The position numbers and the translations under genes were made by a program. A stretch of 64,000 nucleotides of DNA from Podarcis pityusensis (taxonomy: Eukaryota), in assembly GCA_964106645.2 (NCBI GenBank), contig OZ067040.1. The stretch is one strand, 5' to 3'. This document shows, one piece after another, positions 52,701 to 61,700 of the stretch (position 1 is its first letter; every line of letters starts with the position of its first letter). The notes below the pieces were generated by a model. The model was given only the letters and a program-made list of their open reading frames with translations. It did no database searches and was not told the DNA's origin.

Positions 52701-55700
52701 CTGTACTCTTAGATTTTGGATTATCAGTGAGCATAAGGGTACCCGACTTTTTCTAGATTGTACATTACACCAGCCTTCATCAATCTGGTGCCCTTGAGAT
52801 GTTTTGGACTACAACTCCTATCAGTCCCAGCACAGCATAGCTGTGGCTGATGGGAACTGTAGTCCAAAACTTCTTAAGGGCACCAGGTTAGTGAAAGCTG
52901 CCTTACAACTTGCCTTCCAAAAGAAAACATAGCCAGGGATTGATTGGTTGGTTTTTTTAGCAGTTGGAGGAGGGGGTGAATCTGTGACAAATATAGACTT
53001 TCGACCAACTTAAAAAGGTAAAGACATTATTATAGAACGTGGAAATGACAAACTAACTTTTCTAATCAAAATAACAGAACGAAGGTGGATACCAATTGGT
53101 CCTCCACATGTTGCTGGAACTACAACACCCATCATGCCTGGCCATCGGCCATGGCTGAAGCATATGGGGAGAGTTGGGAGACCAAAAACACCTGAAGGGC
53201 CACAGGGTTTCCCCATCCCGGAAATAGCACATGTGTGACTGAACTCACCGATTTGAAAGTGATTTCAGCAGGATAAGCAGTTGATCCGAGTGTTCTTCTG
53301 CTTCAAAGTCCACTGAATTGCTAATGATATCCAAACACTGCATGTTCCATCTGGGATCCATAGGAATCACATGCTCATCTGTTTTGATAGATGAACAACA
53401 AGGAAAACTCACGTTTGTTTTCATTATAAACATTTTACAACTCCCTCAATCCAAGAAATAGAGCAAGCAATATGCATCGGCATGAACATGATGCAAGACA
53501 TCTAACACATGTTTACTGCGTAAAGGAGAGATTTGTTTAAATGGGAACGAACGTGGGGCAGGTTCCAATATGCAATTTACTGTGTCTTATTTTACGCAGA
53601 GTAGCATTTTCTAAGCCCAATGAAAGGTGTTTTTTTTTAAAGAAACAAAACAAAACACAGCCCACTCAGTTCTGTTGCAAGCTACGTTTCACTCCCCATA
53701 ACCTCATCAATATCGCAAATCAATCTTCACTGTATCAAAAACACAGGAAGAGAATACACACTCGCAGCCAAGAGAGAAAGAAGACATCTTACCGGTCATA
53801 TTTGGTTGCAGCAACTTTATTACATTACTGATCGCACCTGAGAGGGGACTGAAGTAAAAATTATTCAGAGATGCCGCACCGGCTTCCAGCTGAGTATACA
53901 CTGAATCTGTAGAAAGAAGACGACCTGTGAATTCATGCCTTTCTAAGCTTATTATTTTTATTTATATGCTGGTAAGAATTCTTACTCGCCCTTCATCATC
54001 AGGGCAAGTTGCAGCAATAGCACAATGATGAAAACAGATAGAGCCATTACAATTATAAAACGAGTGAAACGAACAGAACAGTGTAATTTCAATTAAACGT
54101 GGTGGGTCCCATGAATCAAAACACCTGGACTGCCAAAGGATTCTGCTGCGATCCAATCCCAGAGCCCCTTCCACCCATGCTTAAGGACCAAGTGCTCCTG
54201 TGCATATATTTGGGGGGGCACTACTTCCTATTAGCTGCAGCTCCTTACACATCAGGTGACGCACTGAAAGTCTGGCAACCTGAATGAGTGGGGTATTCAT
54301 GGGGTAGCTGTGAGAAGAAAGCCAACCCCTGCGGAGAATGCAGTCAATTAATCAAGATAAAGCTGAATTGGTATCAACATATGAAATCAGTTGTGAGCTA
54401 GGGAAACCCAGCCAGATGGGTATGGTTATTATTATCAGAGGCCAAGAAGAAGCCGCAGGCCACAGAGCCAAGAAATTCCAGTTTTGGGGTTGAGAGTCTA
54501 ATCATATATTTTTTTTTTTTTTTTTGCCATGAGACACTATTTCCTTTCACTCACTTATTGCACACACTATTCTGGTGACGCTGTGCTTTTAACTTCCTCC
54601 ATCTCTCTACATTTACTTACAAAACTCAAGCATAGGATCGTGCTGCATGATTCTCTTCCACCACCACAAACATTCAGATTAGTCTTGCTTAAGCAGCAAG
54701 AGTCAACACTTACCAGGCACTTGTGGCAAATTCTTTTTTAACTGATTAAGCCACCCAACTCTCAACGTCCAGTCTTGATTCGTTGCTTTCTCTATGAATA
54801 ACTTAACGGCTGCAGAAAGGACCTCCATGCCGTCTGCCCAAGAGGCACTAGCTTCCACTGCACCAAATTTGAGGCAATCTGGATTAGGAGAGTGCAGGAT
54901 TTTCTCAAAGTCATGTATAGTGAGAGGCAGCGTCCTGAAACGAGAGGTCATTGTAAGAAGATCATACCTATGCAAAGAACAAACAATCTATACAATTTCC
55001 AAAGGCCTAGAGGAGATTTAACCTCTAAACATGTTAGAAGTAACCATGGTGTGCTGCCTTAACTCTGAGTAAAATCCCAGCTGGACACTGAAACCATGCT
55101 TTCAAACTATTGCCACGTCCAGAATTGACACTTTACAGTATTCCATTTTTCCAACATGCACTATTAAAAAATGTGGTAACACCCACATTTTATGTGATCT
55201 TTCACATGATGTAAGACATATCTGGAAATCTGTGGGACCTAATGGAAGTTCAATGCTCATTTCCATGTTAACTGCTTCCAGAAAAACAACAGCAACTCTG
55301 CACCACCCCATTAACCTGGAATATCTCAGTAGTTTTGAGCTGTAATTTCCCTGCCGTTTTCATGTGATGAAATCTAGGAGAGTAGGTAGTCCATCATACA
55401 GTTCCCCTCCCCCCAACATTTTCATGGGTGAACAATGGGGGAACTGAAGCATGTATGCATATAGAGGGGGGTGAAATGCCCAATGACACCCGTCACGTCA
55501 CGCCCACTGGTGAGAATGACTTTTAGCATGACATGGTGGTATATCCATCAAAAAGCCACGGTTCCATAACACAACAGGTAATGCAGTGTGAAAGGAATGT
55601 TAGAAACCGGTAGAGCATGGCTAGCATTATAACCAAAATAGCAACACAATAAACCCCACATTTGAAAGCAGCTTAAGCTTCGCAGGTATAGGGAATGAGA

Positions 55701-58700
55701 GCTGCTTGCTACCTTGTAAACAAAGAGAGTGGAGGCAGGAAAACGGCCATAACTATGGTAGCCCAGTGCAGATGTAACTGCTAACGTTGCTCACTTATTT
55801 ACACAGAGGGGCAGGCAAAAGGCTGCTCACCAATTAACCTGGAACAGTTCACTCTTATATTTCCAGAGGGATAGCAACACCTTGTGCTCACCTGCTGTTT
55901 CTCAGATTCAGCCTGTTCAGGCAGTAAGCCAGGACCTGGCCATCGTGATGAACCATAGAAAGCAGAGAGTCTTCAGCTGCAAACAAAGCACTGGATGCAG
56001 AATCTGGCCACAATCCTAAGGCAAGGAGGGAAGCACCCCTCGTTTCCTCTGAATCCAAGACTGAAACATGCTTCATTATCAAGTCCAGCATATGCTAGTA
56101 TATCAGGAGAGACAAAGGGTTGCGATTAGGTTCTTCAACTGGGAAAAACAATAACAGTAGTCTTCTTTCTGTAACATTTTTCTCAGGCATGGAAAACAAT
56201 TAAAATGTAGCAGTTAGTTTGAAAAGATAGATATACACATGGTCTCTAATTCTTGATTGCTCAGACTTTGAACTGTCTCTCACTGATTTTGCAAAAGTTG
56301 ACTCTCTAGCACAAACACTTGATGAGCACATTTCCAACCGAGGAAGACTTACCTTCTGATTGTCTCCTGACTGTTGTGAACTGACGTAGATGTCCCAACA
56401 CGCTTTATAGAAGCTCTTTGCTAAACCGAATCCTCGGCGCAACTGCTGCACGATCAGCGTTGCAGCATTCATCAAAGCAGATAGAGTGTAAGAGGAACCT
56501 GAGAAGGAAAAATTAACATTACAACCCACCAAGCACCTTTGTAGAATGCCTAGGAATTTAACCATTTTTTTTGCTTTCCCCCTTTTTCAAACCACCTACC
56601 TGAGCTAACTTCCGTATTATAAATCTGAAATCATAATCAAAATTTCCCAATTCATTCTCTCTCAGATGGTCTCTAACACAATCACTAAATAGAAGTTATC
56701 TCTTTAGCGCTTGCCAAGTTTATTATGCATGCTTATCTCACCTGCTATGCTTTCCTTAACTTCTGTATGCACAGCCACGAGCTCATCACATATGCTGCTT
56801 CCAAACAAGCCCATTCCATGAAGCAGCAGCTTCACATCGTGAAGATCCAATGAATCACTCTCTCCAGGAACGTAGATCTCAATTCCACGATTCCGCATGG
56901 CTCGGGATATTTCACCGTGTGATGGGTCCATCGAAAGGAAAAGCCTTTTTAAGTTTCAATACACATAAGAGAGTATGGTTATTTAAGTTACCCATCCAGT
57001 ATGTAATCTTACACTGCTGCTCCTGGGGTGGAGCGAGCGAGGAAGAGGTCACACTACAGCCTTGCAATTAGGCACTTGCCTGCAATGTTTAGCGATCAAG
57101 GTTATCACCTTGATAAGAGCAATACCAACAGTACATTTCTAAGCTGAGATTCTATTAGAGGGGTACTTGGGTTTGTCTGGCTCTTCCCTATGCACAAAGT
57201 TTTTTTTAAAAATGCTTATTGCACCCCTGAACTGCCTCCTCTCCACCACCAGGGAACTCTGCCTTGGCAGAAAAGGGAACTAACCACACTGTTCTACTGT
57301 CTTGGCTAGGTGAACACAGAGGCATGTTGTGGCTGCTACTTTCATGGCTTCCTCCTCTCCTTATCCTACTTAGAATCAAAGAATTGTAGAGTTGGAAGGG
57401 ACCCTGAGGATCATTGATTCCAGCCCCCTGCAGTGAAGGAATATGCAACTGTCCCTATACAGGGATCAAGCCTGCAACCTTGGCATTATCAACACCGCAC
57501 TCTAACCAACCAACCTCCCCAACCTGCTTTATTAAACTTGCTGGACACCCAAATAGCAAATGCTCTCTAGGCTTTATGCAGAAAAGGAGGAAATGATTTT
57601 TTAAAAAACACAAGAATCCAGTAACAATCTAAAGGCAATAATTAAGCAGAGAATGAAAACGTATGTGTGCGTGCGTGCCTGCATATACACATGCAGTTCA
57701 GAGAAGGTGGAGAGACTAGCATTCGTGCATCACACTGCTTTGCTGCCCAGCAAAGGAAGACAAATGACCTTGTTATAAAAAAAAAGGGGGGGGGTGCTAA
57801 GAGAAAACTATCAAGCAATACATCACTTTGTTGACCCAGCTGAGTGATGATCAAACCTACACTTATTTTCTAGGCTGCAGTAGTGATACCTTAAAGAGAC
57901 GGTGTTCCCACCCCAATGCATACTGCAATTCTCAAAGCATAATCCAACAACACACTCCAATAAGCACAAAGAATGTCAGCGCACCTGAAATTTGGATGCG
58001 GTGTGATAGTGGGGGTTACACCATCGATCACTCCTCTTTCACTCATGGTGAGGACTCCTCCAGGTTCAAGCAGAGCATTCAAGCGGTCCAGCACAGAAGG
58101 ACTACACACAAGAAGTAAAGGAACAATTAAGCACTAAAGGTGGCTCACTGATTTACTAACAAGTGCAAGCATTCATTTGGCTTCATAATGGAAGGAGTAT
58201 TCCCCCCCCCCCGCCCTGCTCAATCTGATCAGTTTTATAGGATCAGATATATGGAAGTAATGCAGAAATGTCATGGGATGGTGTCCAGTTCTGTCCCCTC
58301 TGCTCAACAAAGACTCTTTGCCCCAGTGGATGCTTCTGTGACTGGAAGGGAGGGGAAAGCAATTTGTGCAATTTTTTGCAAACTTCCCCCTTTCTTCTGC
58401 ATTGCCTCCTCCTTTTCCAAAGTGTTCCCTAACCCTCTGGAGCAGGAATTCTTTTTTTTTGGGGGGGGGGGTGTCACAGCAGGCTACAGAGAGAAGGGAG
58501 AAATAAGCAAAAATTGCCTTATGACTTCCCCCTTCTGTTCACGGAACTTTGCTGGAGCAAAGGACCTCCTTGAGTAGATGGGAGATAACTGTATAATCCA
58601 GTTTCCTTTGAAACAGTAAATGATGATCTACTCCTTGAATTTCTCTCTTTGATCTGGTACATGATTTGTAACAGAGATTCAATGACGTTTATCCAATGTG

Positions 58701-61700
58701 GTTTTCTATATTTATGATAATTTCTTTCTAACAACACAGTTACGCTTACCTGCAGAAGTTAACATTGTCCATCAAGAGCCATTCTCCGGACTGTAAAGCA
58801 TGAACCAACATCCCATCAACCCATTCAAATGTGCCGTGGTTGCTGCTGCTCATATACTGAATAACCTGCAGCTTGAAGTGCCGAAATTCTTCTACAAGTC
58901 TTGAAAACTCTAAAATCAGGGGGAGAGATACTTAGAATACAATTCAATGAACCAATAAGCCAGTACTCAAGATTCACACAGAGTGCTTTTCACAACTACA
59001 TTTAGTCTAGTATCCTTCGCCAACTTAGACAAACGGTCCCTCTTTCTTTGTTCAGTTGTGATCATAAGATCTTTGCATTAGCTTCGACAAGATGTGATGT
59101 CTAAACTAATGCATGTAGATCAACCAGGTTTTCATTAAAAAGGGAGAATGTCTTTAATATTCACAGAATGATAAACATAATAGACTATTGCTAACTGGTG
59201 TGGGGGAGCGGAGCAACCATAACTGTGATGGAGGCTGGAAAAATCTTTAAGGAAGCAAATAATTATGCTTTGTGCTTCCTCAGATTATGTAGCTTTAATA
59301 AATATGGACCTGGGTGGCTTGCTCACAAGTGCTCTATGTGCATTCATCACTGTACATGTAAAGTTCCTGCACACTTCGGCTGAATGCCAGTGGGTGCAGG
59401 AGAATAGAGAGGTGGTTGCACACATGTCTAGACCATGTGGCACCACAAATACTCATACTTTTCCTCTGGTCACATTTGTACACATTTATCTCAGTTGACA
59501 ACTGCTCCATAAGGACACACCATCTCTCGCCATGAAAATGTCTTCCTTGTAACATTGGAGCAGTCTTTAAAATGCTTTGTGGTTTTTGCCTTCTCTGGTG
59601 GCATGCAGCAACTGGAATTTGCACATGCTTAGCTGATGACATTTTAAAAGGGAAAAACGCTATCACTTCCTACTGCTTCTGTGCATACCTGGCTTTGAGT
59701 AGGAGCTGATCTTGTTGTTCAGCCGCTGGACCAGTGCAAGGACTCCCTCCAATTTGTTCACCAGTTCAATGGTTATGTTTTGATTCCCTTCCCCAAGGGA
59801 CTTTGGCTTGAAATTTAGAACGAAACTGCTCCAGGCACGCAGCACAATTTCAGCATCTTCTGGACAGATAGCAGTGAGGAGGAGGCTGTCCCTTAGAAGT
59901 GTGCTTACAACGTTCTCCACCTTCTCCAGCAAGCTCTTCCAAGGCCTAATGATGTCAACCTATAGGACATTTATTACATTGGTCACTGCTTGAACCACCA
60001 CTTCCCACTGGGTTCCTTCAGCACAGTTTTGGAAACCACTTAGAGATGTTTCTTTCTTGCTTTCAGTTAAGACATTTAAACTTTGCCCATTCATATACTC
60101 CTCAAATTTAAGTTAAGTGGTATCTTGTATGCACTTGACTTGTCCTTATTCCCAAATTTAAAAAATGCACACTTACTTGCTCAAATCCACCTAACAGCTC
60201 CGTTGTATCCATAGAACTGTTCATCGCCATGATCTTCAACTGATGACCTGTCAGATATGCTAGAAGCTGAATGAGGCTGGTCTTGCCAGCAGCCGCAGGG
60301 CCTACCAGTATCACCATCCAACTCATATGCACACATTTCATGATGGACTCCAAGGGCTGGAGTGAATGGTGAAGCAGGGATAAGTTTCTGCCAGGAGGAG
60401 GAGCATAGTTTGCGCGGGAGAGGATTGAGAAACCAACCTTCAGTAGAATTAAAAACAAAATAAGCAAGTGCATTAGTGTGCATGTATAGTGTGGAGCAGA
60501 AATTCAAGAAGATGCCCAAGTAGCAGCAACTTTTGTTCTCTCTCACCTGGACGTCATAAGGAGTGATGTGGAACTGTCTGGAACCCATATATGGTTCAGC
60601 ATCCTGACCAAAAATGTCCCTGAATAGACACACTACCTAAAACAAACAAACAAACAAACAAACAAACAAACAAACAGATGAAAGATCACATTTATAAAAA
60701 ATGCTGAAATCCTTATATTCTAATTCTGCAGCAACTCTCAAATGAACGATTTTAAAAGAAACCGGGGAAACTCCAAATGGGTTGTTTGTTGAAGTCTGAC
60801 GTCACCTGCTTCAGGATACAGATCTGCCCAGCTGCAACCTGAACTAAGCCTCAGCTTGAGAGAAGCTGGAATGCAAAACTAGACTGCTTACATGCGGGGC
60901 CAGTGAGTTTTCAATTGCCCCTCAAAACCACATTTATTTTTCACGCCATTTTTCTGAGCACTAATCATAAGCAAAACGAGAACAGCATTCTGCAAATCCA
61001 CTAAAGGCTGATTGTGGTATCTGAGAGTTGCTGGCACAGGACACAGCAAGAAAGCTGTGGGATCATTTTGTCTGATCAAGCTCCCTAATCGCAATGAAAT
61101 TACACTTAGGTAGGTTCCCTTTCCACACACTTGCTGTAAGCCCTCTTACCCAATGTACCAGGAGTTTAATCTATCTCTAACACATCCTTAGCATATGAAT
61201 GGTGATAAAACTACATGAGGTCCCTTCAAATCCTGCACCTGCTTAACTGAAATGCTAATTCAAGGCCTTGGAGGAAAGTAGATAATCTTAAATAGAAGTC
61301 ATTCAATGTTTCAAATAATGTGGGAAAAGGTACCCAAAAAAATTCAGTAAAATTTGTGTTTAAGATCCAAGAATGGTTTAACATATCCATACTTGTAAAA
61401 CAGAAAAGACTAATAGGATTAAGCACATTTTTCATGCTCCTTACCTTCTCCTTGTCTGTATTTGTTCTCATTCTTTCCCCGTATATCAAGAACATGTGTT
61501 GGCCTGGATCGTAACTGCCAGGCGACTGGTCAACAAGCATCAGCTGACACCATCGGAAAAGGTCACGCAGATTAAACTCCCAAGGTCCACCTTTATGCCC
61601 CCACTTCTTCTCAATCATAACTTCTTGATCAATCTGAATAACGTACCAGTTCAAAAGATTAAAAACTCAGACATGTTTCAGCTCATGGTAGATTATTAAA

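Noticed and set aside
58750-58790. Walker B reading LMDN instead of DE as a novel mutation
   Set aside because: A degenerate AAA6 Walker B is a known midasin/Rea1 family trait.
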